Source: an uncultured Eubacteriales bacterium
GTDB lineage: Bacteria > Bacillota > Clostridia > Oscillospirales > CAG-272
Assembly: GCA_934467435.1 (NCBI GenBank)
Contig: CAKSLR010000002.1
Location: 1-42,236, forward strand
DNA length: 42,236 nucleotides
Direction: 5' to 3'
A program made the translations under genes and the position numbers. Of the stretch, positions 27,395 through 34,787 are shown one piece after another. How positions within the stretch are numbered: position 1 is the first letter of the stretch; each line of letters begins with the position of its first letter. The notes below the pieces were generated by a model. That model was not told where the DNA came from, did not search any database, and saw only the letters and a list, made by a program, of their open reading frames with translations.

Positions 27395-27802
27395 GTGGAA
27401 AGTACGGGGAACGATACCTACCGCATCACGCCGGAGGAAGCCTACACCACCGGCACGGAAGGGGAGAACCGCTTTGTCCGGGAAGAAGCCGAGGCGATGG
27501 AAGCCGCCATGCAGGTCTTTCTGAATGTGACAAAGGACGAAGATTACCGCCCGACGCAGGCAGACGTGGAGACGATGATCTCCTCCCGCGTCCTGCGCGA
27601 TACCCTGCAGGAGATTGCCGATACTCCCGAAAAATGGAGCGCCCTGCAGGAACGCTTTTCCGCCATGTCCGACCGGATGCGGGCATCGCCGGATACCGCC
27701 ATGCGAGATCTTCTTTCTGCAAACGAAACGTCCCCGTCTTACGGGGAATTTGCCGAAATCTGTGATCTGCTACGGACGCTGTTCGGCATCGGAAACAAAT
27801 AA
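27395..27802 (+). CDS. Acidic helical protein of unknown function; start uncertain (frame open from 27305, no RBS), possibly the 3' part of a disrupted gene
   Basis: Coding-like ORF ending at TAA, followed by terminator 27810-27838. No Shine-Dalgarno sequence precedes GTG 27395. Protein-like sequence continues upstream (KNLIITDPYLAALLGKAETDDTVKVPYR). Confidence 0.45.
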   Translation: MESTGNDTYRITPEEAYTTGTEGENRFVREEAEAMEAAMQVFLNVTKDEDYRPTQADVETMISSRVLRDTLQEIADTPEKWSALQERFSAMSDRMRASPDTAMRDLLSANETSPSYGEFAEICDLLRTLFGIGNK

Positions 27803-27809
27803 CCCTCAA

Positions 27810-27838
27810 GGGGGCGCCACGGGCGCCCCCCTTTTTTT
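27810..27838 (+). terminator. Rho-independent terminator of the 24.6-27.8 kb operon
   Basis: gggggcgcc-acg-ggcgccccc followed by cTTTTTTT. Confidence 0.85.
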
Positions 27839-27941
27839 GTGCGCAGGTTTCCCCGCCCCAGCCGCTGCCGCCCGGCACATCGTTGCTTTTTTCATAGAAA
27901 AAACGAATTGTGAAAAGTATGTGATATTTCCGCTCCCCCGC

Positions 27942-27970
27942 TTGACTTTGCAAGGCACCCATGCTACAAT
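27942..27970 (+). promoter_or_regulatory. Sigma-A type promoter (TTGACT-17-TACAAT) ahead of the Cys-rich ORF and znu operon
   Basis: TTGACT 27942-27947, TACAAT 27965-27970. Confidence 0.6.
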
Positions 27971-28040
27971 AAGAGGGTAAGTGTGGAATCGTGTTGTTTT
28001 TTTGCAAAAATTCGCAAAATGCGGGAAAGGAGTGCAGTCA

Positions 28041-28334
28041 ATGAACAAAAAACCGTTTTCTCTGCGTTGCCTTACCTTTCTTTTGCTTTTGCTGCTGCTC
28101 TTCCCCACCGTATGCCTTGTCGGCGGATGTCGGCACTCCTGCCGGGGGGCGGAGTGCACCGTCTGTGCATCCATGCGGCTTTGCTGCCGGGTTCTGTTTA
28201 TACTCGCACTCGTGTGGTCGGCGGCATCGCTCTACCACACGGTCTTGGTCGCCCGGCGCGCGTTCTTGCGTTGCCGCACGAGTACCTGGTTTCCGCACAC
28301 ACTGCATTTTTTACGGGTGAAACTTTCCGATTGA
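28041..28334 (+). CDS. Small Cys-rich membrane protein (97 aa), unknown function
   Basis: GGAAAGGAG RBS lies 7 nt before ATG 28041. N-terminal hydrophobic helix, a Cys cluster in a 24-residue stretch (CLVGGCRHSCRGAECTVCASMRLCC), a second helix and a basic tail ending RVKLSD. Confidence 0.5.
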   Translation: MNKKPFSLRCLTFLLLLLLLFPTVCLVGGCRHSCRGAECTVCASMRLCCRVLFILALVWSAASLYHTVLVARRAFLRCRTSTWFPHTLHFLRVKLSD

Positions 28335-28417
28335 CGGAAATGGAACAGGCGCGGTATGCCTTTTTCGGCATGCCTTTGTTTCGTTGCCATTTTTGAAACA
28401 TCGGGAGGTTTTTTGTT

Positions 28418-29395
28418 TTGAAAAAATATATCGCATTATGCCTTGTACTCCTGCTTTGCCTGCCGTTTGCCGCCGGCTGCGCCACGGGCAACGGCGGAGA
28501 GAGCGGAACGCTTTCGGTGGTTTGTACCACCTACCCGGAATACGACTGGGCGCGGGAACTGCTGGGTGACCGGAAGGACACCGTAAAACTGACCCTGTTG
28601 CTTGACAGCAGCGCCGACCTGCATAACTACCAGCCTACGGCGAAGGATATTCTGACCGTGGCGAACTGTGACCTTTTCATTTACATCGGCGGTGAGTCGG
28701 ATGACTGGGTGCCGGGCGTATTGCAGCAATCGGGCAAAGAGGGGCGCCTAACCCTGAATCTGACCGAGGCGCTCGGCAATGCCGTACTGGAAGAAGAAAA
28801 GCCGGACGGTGCGGAGGAAGATGACCACGACCACGGTCACGATCACGACCACGAGGAAGAAGAGCATGTGAGCGACGAGCATATCTGGCTCTCGCTGCGG
28901 AATGCCAGAACGCTCTGTGCCGCCATTGCCGAAAAACTGGCTGCCATAGATCCTGCGGGGGCGGATATCTACCGCGAAAACTGCGCGGCGTACACGGAAA
29001 AACTGACGGCACTGGACGAGGCGTACACCACGGCGATTGCCGCTGCGCCGAAAAAAGAACTGGTATTCGGGGATCGGTTCCCCTTCCGTTATCTGGCGCA
29101 TGACTACGGTTTGACCTGCGCTGCCGCGTTTGCCGGCTGCTCTGCCGAGTCGGAGGCGAGTTTTGAAACGATCCTCCGCCTTGCCCGGCGGGTAGACGAA
29201 TGGGGGCTTTCCGCCGTCATGGCGATCGAGGGGAGCAACCATGACCTGGCAAAGACGGTGATCTCCTCCACCACAGAGAAAAACCAGAAACTGCTGGTGC
29301 TCAATTCCCTGCAATCGGCAACCGGAAAAGACGGCATGACCTATCTCCGGGCGATGGAGGACAACCTTTCCGTTCTGCGGGAAGCGTTGCAGTAA
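28418..29395 (+). CDS. znuA: Zinc ABC transporter substrate-binding lipoprotein (cluster A-I, His/Asp-rich loop)
   Basis: Lipobox LPFAAGC, ZnuA/AdcA-like fold motifs and a His-rich loop (EEDDHDHGHDHDHEEEEH). TTG start with GGGAGG RBS. Confidence 0.85.
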   Translation: MKKYIALCLVLLLCLPFAAGCATGNGGESGTLSVVCTTYPEYDWARELLGDRKDTVKLTLLLDSSADLHNYQPTAKDILTVANCDLFIYIGGESDDWVPGVLQQSGKEGRLTLNLTEALGNAVLEEEKPDGAEEDDHDHGHDHDHEEEEHVSDEHIWLSLRNARTLCAAIAEKLAAIDPAGADIYRENCAAYTEKLTALDEAYTTAIAAAPKKELVFGDRFPFRYLAHDYGLTCAAAFAGCSAESEASFETILRLARRVDEWGLSAVMAIEGSNHDLAKTVISSTTEKNQKLLVLNSLQSATGKDGMTYLRAMEDNLSVLREALQ

Positions 29396-29406
29396 AGGAG
29401 TGGCAT

Positions 29407-30117
29407 ATGGCACAACTGACTTGTGAAAACCTGCTCCTCGGCTATGAAAATCACCCCGTAACGGAACCGCTCAGTTTTTCGGTTCGGGCGGGCGATTATC
29501 TCTGCATTGTGGGAGAAAACGGCGCGGGCAAATCCACGCTGATGAAAACGCTGCTTCACCTGCAGGCGCCGCTTTGCGGAAAAATGACCGTGGGCGACGG
29601 ACTGCTGCCGAACGAGATCGGCTATCTGCCGCAACAGACCGTTGTGCAGCGGGATTTCCCGGCATCGGTTGCGGAGGTGGTACTTTCCGGCTGTCAGGCA
29701 CGCCGCGGATTTTCTCCGTTTTATCGGAAAGCCGACCGCGAGCGGGCGGAGGCTGCCATGGCGCGCATGGACATCAGCGGACTGCGCGGGCGCTGCTACC
29801 GCGAACTTTCGGGCGGACAGCAACAGCGCGTTCTGCTTGCCCGCGCCCTTTGCGCGACCGAAAAAATGCTGCTTCTTGACGAACCGATCTCGGGGCTTGA
29901 CCCTGTTGCGGGGGCGGAAATGTACGCGCTGATCGCGGAACTGAACCGCCGTGACGGCATTACCGTTCTGATGATCTCGCACGACATCGCCGCCGCGCTC
30001 CCTTATGCGACCCACATTCTGCACGTCGGCACTCCCTCCTTCTTCGGGGAACGGGATGCGTACCTGGCAAGCGACATCGGTCGCCGCTTTGTTGCGGAAA
30101 GGGGGGAAAACGCATGA
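29407..30117 (+). CDS. znuC: Zinc ABC transporter ATP-binding protein
   Basis: Walker A GENGAGKST, signature LSGGQQQR, Walker B LLLDEP. Confidence 0.85.
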   Translation: MAQLTCENLLLGYENHPVTEPLSFSVRAGDYLCIVGENGAGKSTLMKTLLHLQAPLCGKMTVGDGLLPNEIGYLPQQTVVQRDFPASVAEVVLSGCQARRGFSPFYRKADRERAEAAMARMDISGLRGRCYRELSGGQQQRVLLARALCATEKMLLLDEPISGLDPVAGAEMYALIAELNRRDGITVLMISHDIAAALPYATHILHVGTPSFFGERDAYLASDIGRRFVAERGENA

Positions 30118-30968
30118 CGGACCTTTGGAAAACACTTCTTCTGTATCTGCAGTACCCGTTTGTTCAGAACGCCCTGATTGCCGGGGTACTGATTGCGCTC
30201 TGTGCTTCCCTGCTCGGCGTAACACTGGTACTCAAACGGTTTTCGTTCATCGGGGACGGGCTTTCCCACGTTGCGTTCGGCGCCGCTGCCATTGCCGGCA
30301 TCCTGCACCTGACCAACGATATGCTGCTTGCCCTGCCGATTACCATTCTCGCTGCCGTTCTTCTGCTCGGCGGCGGCAAACGCCGCAAAATGAGCGGAGA
30401 TGCCGCCGTTGCCATGCTCTCGGTCGGCTCGCTTGCCGTGGGGTATCTGCTGATCAACCTGTTCAGCGGTTCCGGCAACATCTCGGCGGATGTGTGTACC
30501 TCGCTCTTCGGCTCTACCTCGATTCTGACCCTCACCACGCTGGATGTGGTGCTTTGCGTGTCTCTGTCCATCGCGGTCATTCTCTTCTTCCTGCTGTTCT
30601 ACAACAAGATTTTTGCCGTGACGTTTGACGAGAACTTTGCCCGCGCCGTCGGCACACCGGCGGGCGTTTATAACCTGCTGATTGCCGTGGTCACGGCGGT
30701 GATTATCGTGCTGGCAATGAACCTGGTCGGCTCGCTCCTGATCTCTGCCCTCATCATCTTCCCCGCGCTTTCCGCCATGCGGCTTTATAAAACCTTCCGC
30801 GCGGTGACCGTCTGCGCGGCAATCGTCTCGGTTGTCTGCGCCCTGCTCGGAATCCTTGTGTCGGTCGTGGCGGGCACGCCCACCGGCTCTACCATCGTGG
30901 CGGCGGATATTGCGGTGTTCTTCGTTTTCACCCTGATCGGAAAAATCAAAGGAGGTCTTCGGACATGA
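30114..30968 (+). CDS. znuB: Zinc ABC transporter permease
   Basis: ABC-3 family polytopic permease. ATGA overlap with znuC. Confidence 0.85.
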   Translation: MTDLWKTLLLYLQYPFVQNALIAGVLIALCASLLGVTLVLKRFSFIGDGLSHVAFGAAAIAGILHLTNDMLLALPITILAAVLLLGGGKRRKMSGDAAVAMLSVGSLAVGYLLINLFSGSGNISADVCTSLFGSTSILTLTTLDVVLCVSLSIAVILFFLLFYNKIFAVTFDENFARAVGTPAGVYNLLIAVVTAVIIVLAMNLVGSLLISALIIFPALSAMRLYKTFRAVTVCAAIVSVVCALLGILVSVVAGTPTGSTIVAADIAVFFVFTLIGKIKGGLRT

Positions 30969-31330
30969 AAAAAATCGGACTGGCTATGCTCGTTCTTTTG
31001 TTGCTGATCAGTGCGGTCGGCTGCGGTGGCACGGCGGGGGATGTGGATCTCGACCTCTCCCCCCTCTCTTCCACGGCGGCTTATGCGCAGGCGCTGAAAA
31101 TCACGGAAACGCCGCAGGATTACGCCGGTAAGACCATTCGCCTGAGCGGACAGTACATGGGAAGTGGCTCTGCTCACTCCATTCTGGTGTTTGACGGAAC
31201 CTGCTGCACCGCAGCCATCAGCTTCACCTTCTCCGGAAGCACGCCGAAGCCAGGTACCCGCATTACCATTACGGGTACGGTCAACGAAGGGTCGCCCTGC
31301 TCGATTACCGTAACCTCGCTTTCCTATTGA
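30965..31330 (+). CDS. Small lipoprotein of unknown function, translationally coupled to znuB
   Basis: ATGA overlap with the znuB stop. Lipobox LISAVGC. Contains YAGKTIRLSGQY..ILVFDGTCCTAAISF..TITGTV. Confidence 0.6.
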   Translation: MKKIGLAMLVLLLLISAVGCGGTAGDVDLDLSPLSSTAAYAQALKITETPQDYAGKTIRLSGQYMGSGSAHSILVFDGTCCTAAISFTFSGSTPKPGTRITITGTVNEGSPCSITVTSLSY

Positions 31331-31378
31331 AAAGAATCGTCACCGTGTTGCGCGCAACGCGGTGACGATTCTTTTTTT
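31331..31378. terminator. Bidirectional terminator between the znu operon and aroQ
   Basis: aaaagaatcgtcaccg..cggtgacgattcttttttt. 13-bp stem. Confidence 0.85.
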
Positions 31379-31384
31379 GGCAGA

Positions 31385-31828
31385 TCAGCCGTTTTCTGCC
31401 CGCAAATGGGCGCAGAGCAGGTGAAGCGCCTCACCATACCCGGCGACGCCATGCCCCTTAACGGTGGCAAAGCAGGCACGACGTACATAGGAAATGCGAC
31501 GAAACTCCTCCCGCGCGTCGGGGTCGGAAATATGCACCTCTACCGTAGGCAGCCCCACCGCGCAAAGTGCATCCAGCAGCGCGATACTGGTGTGGGTATA
31601 GGCGCCGGGGTTGAGAATCAGCCCATCCGCCTTGCCGTATGCCTCCTGAATCCAATCGACCAGCGCCCCTTCATGGTTGGATTGCAGGCAGCGCAACGCC
31701 ACGCCTTCTTCCTTTGCCGCCGCGGCAAGCCCGGCGCACAGCGTATCGTAATCGGTTCTGCCGTAGATGGCAGGTTCGCGCACGCCGAGCAGGTTCAGAT
31801 TCGGTCCGTTGATGACCCAGATTTCCAC
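31385..31828 (-). CDS. aroQ: Type II 3-dehydroquinate dehydratase
   Basis: VINGPNLNLLG, SNHEG, NPGAYTHTS, HISD motifs. GTG 31828 is preferred because GAGGTG lies 7 nt upstream. ATG 31855 is an alternative without an RBS. Confidence 0.9.
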   Translation of the reverse strand: MEIWVINGPNLNLLGVREPAIYGRTDYDTLCAGLAAAAKEEGVALRCLQSNHEGALVDWIQEAYGKADGLILNPGAYTHTSIALLDALCAVGLPTVEVHISDPDAREEFRRISYVRRACFATVKGHGVAGYGEALHLLCAHLRAENG

Positions 31829-31911
31829 GCAATCGCACCTCGTTTTTCTTTTCATTGTCGTTATTGTAACATAACGGAAAAACCTTTGCAACCCCCAAAC
31901 GCAAAAAAGGC

Positions 31912-31940
31912 TTTACACGGGCGGCGGCATGTGGTAAAAT
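31912..31940 (+). promoter_or_regulatory. Sigma-A type promoter (TTTACA-17-TAAAAT, TG-extended) for comM
   Basis: TTTACA 31912-31917, TAAAAT 31935-31940. Confidence 0.55.
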
Positions 31941-31973
31941 AGAGGAAAAGCAACAAAAGCGGCGGAGGACATC

Positions 31974-33518
31974 ATGTTATCACGGGTTTATACGGCAGGC
32001 ATCTGCGGGGTGGACGGATTTGAGGTTACGGTGGAATGCAGCGGCTGGGATCGGGTGCCGCGGTTTGAAATCGTGGGGCTGCCCGATCTCTCGGTCAAAG
32101 AAGCCAAAGAGCGGGTGCGTGCCGCCGCCGAGAACAGCGGGCTCGGGTTCCCGCCCCTGGATCTGACCGTGAACCTTGCGCCCGCCGACCGAAAAAAGGA
32201 AGGCTCGTCCTTTGACCTTGCCATCCTCTGTGCCGTGCTGCAATGCGACGGCAAAATCCCCCATGCCCTTTCCCTTTCGGATAAATGTTTTGTAGGGGAA
32301 CTTTCGCTTTCGGGCGAATTGCGCCCCGTGAGCGGGGTGCTGCCCCTTGCCCTTGCCGCGCGGGAAGCGGGCAGGCGGGAAATGTACGTTCCCGCCGAAA
32401 ACGCAGGGGAAGCAGCGGTGGTGGACGGTCTGACGGTTTTTGGGGTGCATAACCTGCGCGAACTGCTTGCCCACCTGACCGGTAAAGAACCGCTTACCCC
32501 CGCTACCTATGACCGCGCGGAATTTTCCGCAGCGGTCGGGCAGTACGCCATCGATTTTGCGGACGTACACGGTCAGGCGCGTGCCAAACGGGCGCTGGAG
32601 ATCGCGGCGGCGGGCGGCCACAACGTTCTGCTCATCGGCCCACCCGGCTCAGGCAAATCCATGCTTGCCAAACGCCTGCCCACCATTCTGCCGGATATGC
32701 GTTTTGAAGAAGCGATTGAAACCACCAAAATCCACTCGGTTGCCGGCATTTTGCACGGCAATCTGGTCACCGAGCGTCCCTTCCGCTCCCCGCACCACAG
32801 CGTCAGCGTACCGGGGCTGATCGGCGGCGGCACCTCACCGCGCCCGGGGGAAATTTCGCTTGCCCACAACGGCGTGCTGTTTCTTGACGAATTGCCCGAG
32901 TTTGCCAAATCCCTGACCGAATCGCTGCGGCAACCGCTGGAGGACGGCGTGGTTTCGGTCACCCGTGCGGCGGCGCGCGTCCGGTTTCCTGCCCATTTTA
33001 TGCTGGTTTGCGCCATGAACCCCTGCCGCTGCGGGTATTTCGGCGCGCCGGGCAAAAAGTGCACCTGCCAGCCGAGCGATGTGCAGAAATATCTCGCCCG
33101 CGTCAGCGGACCGCTGCTTGACCGCATCGACATTCAGATCGAATTGCCACCGGTGACCTTTACCGAGATGAGCAACCGCGAAGAAGAAGGGGAGCGCTCT
33201 GCCGACATCCGCGCGCGGGTGAACGCCGCCCGGCGGCGGGCAAGCGCCCGGGCGCGCGCCGCGGGCTACCCCGCGCTTTACTGCAACGCCGCCATGGGTT
33301 CAGCGGAGATCCGCCGCTTTTGTGGGACCGATGACGAAGGACAGGCATTGCTTGCTGCGGCGTTCGAAAGCCTCGGGCTTTCGGGGCGCGGCTATGATCG
33401 GATTCTGCGGGTCGCCCGCACCATTGCCGACCTTGACGGGGCGGAGACGATCGGCGCCGCTCACATCGGGGAAGCCATTCAGCTCCGTTCCCTGGACCGG
33501 AAGTACTGGAACCGTTGA
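31974..33518 (+). CDS. comM: YifB/ComM family Mg-chelatase-like AAA+ ATPase
   Basis: Lon-protease-like N-domain, Walker A GPPGSGKS, Walker B VLFLDE, C-terminal Mg_chelatase_C (GLSGRGYDRILRVARTIADLDG). Confidence 0.9.
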   Translation: MLSRVYTAGICGVDGFEVTVECSGWDRVPRFEIVGLPDLSVKEAKERVRAAAENSGLGFPPLDLTVNLAPADRKKEGSSFDLAILCAVLQCDGKIPHALSLSDKCFVGELSLSGELRPVSGVLPLALAAREAGRREMYVPAENAGEAAVVDGLTVFGVHNLRELLAHLTGKEPLTPATYDRAEFSAAVGQYAIDFADVHGQARAKRALEIAAAGGHNVLLIGPPGSGKSMLAKRLPTILPDMRFEEAIETTKIHSVAGILHGNLVTERPFRSPHHSVSVPGLIGGGTSPRPGEISLAHNGVLFLDELPEFAKSLTESLRQPLEDGVVSVTRAAARVRFPAHFMLVCAMNPCRCGYFGAPGKKCTCQPSDVQKYLARVSGPLLDRIDIQIELPPVTFTEMSNREEEGERSADIRARVNAARRRASARARAAGYPALYCNAAMGSAEIRRFCGTDDEGQALLAAAFESLGLSGRGYDRILRVARTIADLDGAETIGAAHIGEAIQLRSLDRKYWNR

Positions 33519-33535
33519 TTCTTTTCGTAAAAACG

Positions 33536-33581
33536 ACGCCAACCGCTTTGCTAAAAAAACGCAAATCGGTTGGCGTTTTTT
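33536..33581 (+). terminator. Rho-independent terminator after comM
   Basis: acgccaaccg(c)tttgc-loop-gcaaa(t)cggttggcgt followed by TTTTT. Confidence 0.8.
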
Positions 33582-33629
33582 GCTTTCCCGAAAAACTTTG
33601 TGCAAGATGCACGGAAGGAAAATCCCCGG

Positions 33630-33779
33630 TTTTCCACGTGCCTGTCCTCCCGCCCTGTGGAAAAGTCGGTGGACAATGTGGAAAAACCCATGAAAACGGT
33701 GGTTTCTCCCTGCGGTTTTCCACATTCTCCACAAATCCCATTGTGGAAAACTTTTTCGCCTTTTTCCGCATTTTCTACA
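33630..33779. promoter_or_regulatory. Cluster of nine DnaA-box-like 9-mers
   Basis: Four exact TTTTCCACA/TGTGGAAAA copies: 33656-64(-), 33677-85(-), 33716-24(+), 33742-50(-). Five variants: 33630-38 TTTTCCACG(+), 33668-76 TTGTCCACC(-), 33725-33 TTCTCCACA(+), 33762-70 TTTTCCGCA(+), 33771-79 TTTTCTACA(+). The consensus DnaA box is TTATCCACA. Confidence 0.6.
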
Positions 33780-33834
33780 TTTTTTCCCCTTGACAGAAAA
33801 AAACGCACCGTAAATTTCGCAGTTTTACCGAAAA

Positions 33835-34665
33835 TCAGACCGGCGTTTCACCCAACCGCTTTTGCCGGTACACCACCGGGGAAACGCCGTACGCCGCATG
33901 AAAGCAGCGGCTGAAATAAAACGGATCCTCATACCCCACCCGAACGGCAATCTCCGATACCGGCAGATTGGTGTTGCCGAGCAGGGATGCCGCGTGCAGC
34001 AGGCGCACACGGTTCCGGTACGCGCTCGGGCTTTCCCCGAAACAATCGCGGAAACGGCGGTAAAAATGGCTCTCGCTCATCCCGCACGCCGCGGCATAGC
34101 GGGCGATTTTTTTGTTCCGGTTCCACTCGGCACGAAAGAGTTCCGCCCCGCGGCGAATGGGATAATAACTGTCCTCACGCCCCGGCGCCTCCCCGATCAC
34201 GGCGGCAAGAAAAGAGAAAAATCCTGCCGTGAGGCGCAGATGGTTCCGCGGCATTTCCCACGCGGCGTGGCACAGCGCCTCGGCTGCCGCACGGCAGCCG
34301 CCGCCTGCCCGCACCCGGAACAAATCGGGCAGGCGTACCTCCGTACCCGTGCTGTCATAGAGATCGAAGTTGACCGTGTAACTGTCCGTTTCCCGGTCGC
34401 CGCCCCCCGTAAACCGCACCGTATAGCGGCTGCCGCGCGGCAAAAACAGCAAGTCTCCCCGACGGAAAAGTGCAGTTTTGCCGTCCGAGAACGTATATGC
34501 TGCCCGTATCTCCGACACCACATACACAAAACCGCTCCGCGGGCGCGGCGTTGCCGTGTAGCCGTCATACCCGTCACCGTCCCGCCAGAACTGGCGGTGA
34601 CATTCCACCCCGCGCACCTGTGTTTCCTCCGCCAGCAGTTGTGCGGGAGATAAAATCCGTACCAT
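33835..34665 (-). CDS. AraC-family transcriptional regulator
   Basis: Cupin-like N-terminus and AraC HTH C-terminus (GYEDPFYFSRCFHAAYGVSP). AAAGGAGG RBS lies before ATG 34665. Confidence 0.8.
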   Translation of the reverse strand: MVRILSPAQLLAEETQVRGVECHRQFWRDGDGYDGYTATPRPRSGFVYVVSEIRAAYTFSDGKTALFRRGDLLFLPRGSRYTVRFTGGGDRETDSYTVNFDLYDSTGTEVRLPDLFRVRAGGGCRAAAEALCHAAWEMPRNHLRLTAGFFSFLAAVIGEAPGREDSYYPIRRGAELFRAEWNRNKKIARYAAACGMSESHFYRRFRDCFGESPSAYRNRVRLLHAASLLGNTNLPVSEIAVRVGYEDPFYFSRCFHAAYGVSPVVYRQKRLGETPV

Positions 34666-34787
34666 AGCCCCGCCTCCTTTTTCTTCAGTATAGCAGAAAA
34701 GAGCAGAAAAATCCATATCAAACCGAAAAAAACATGGCGCTCCGCCCGGCAGTGTGATATGCTGAACAAAAAGGAAGGAGGAATCCC

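Noticed and set aside
27887-27903. AT palindrome ttttttc-ata-gaaaaaa upstream of the znu-region promoter as a possible Zur/AdcR operator.
   Set aside because: It resembles neither the Zur box (AAATCGTAATnATTACGATTT type) nor the AdcR site (TTAACYRGTTAA). It lies about 40 bp upstream of the -35, directly after the upstream operon's terminator. It is probably incidental A/T tracts.
33519-33834. Calling the DnaA-box cluster the chromosomal origin outright.
   Set aside because: No dnaA, dnaN or rpmH is nearby. Gene orientation does not switch around it, since both strands are used on both sides. I could not identify a clear DnaA-trio or AT-rich unwinding element. It is kept as a finding but not annotated as oriC.
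33551-33914. ORFs 33515-33793(+), 33551-33808(-) and 33570-33914(+) in the comM-araC gap.
   Set aside because: They have no RBS and low-complexity, odd composition. They are created by the repeated GTGGAAAA/TTTTCCAC motifs, so they are not coding.
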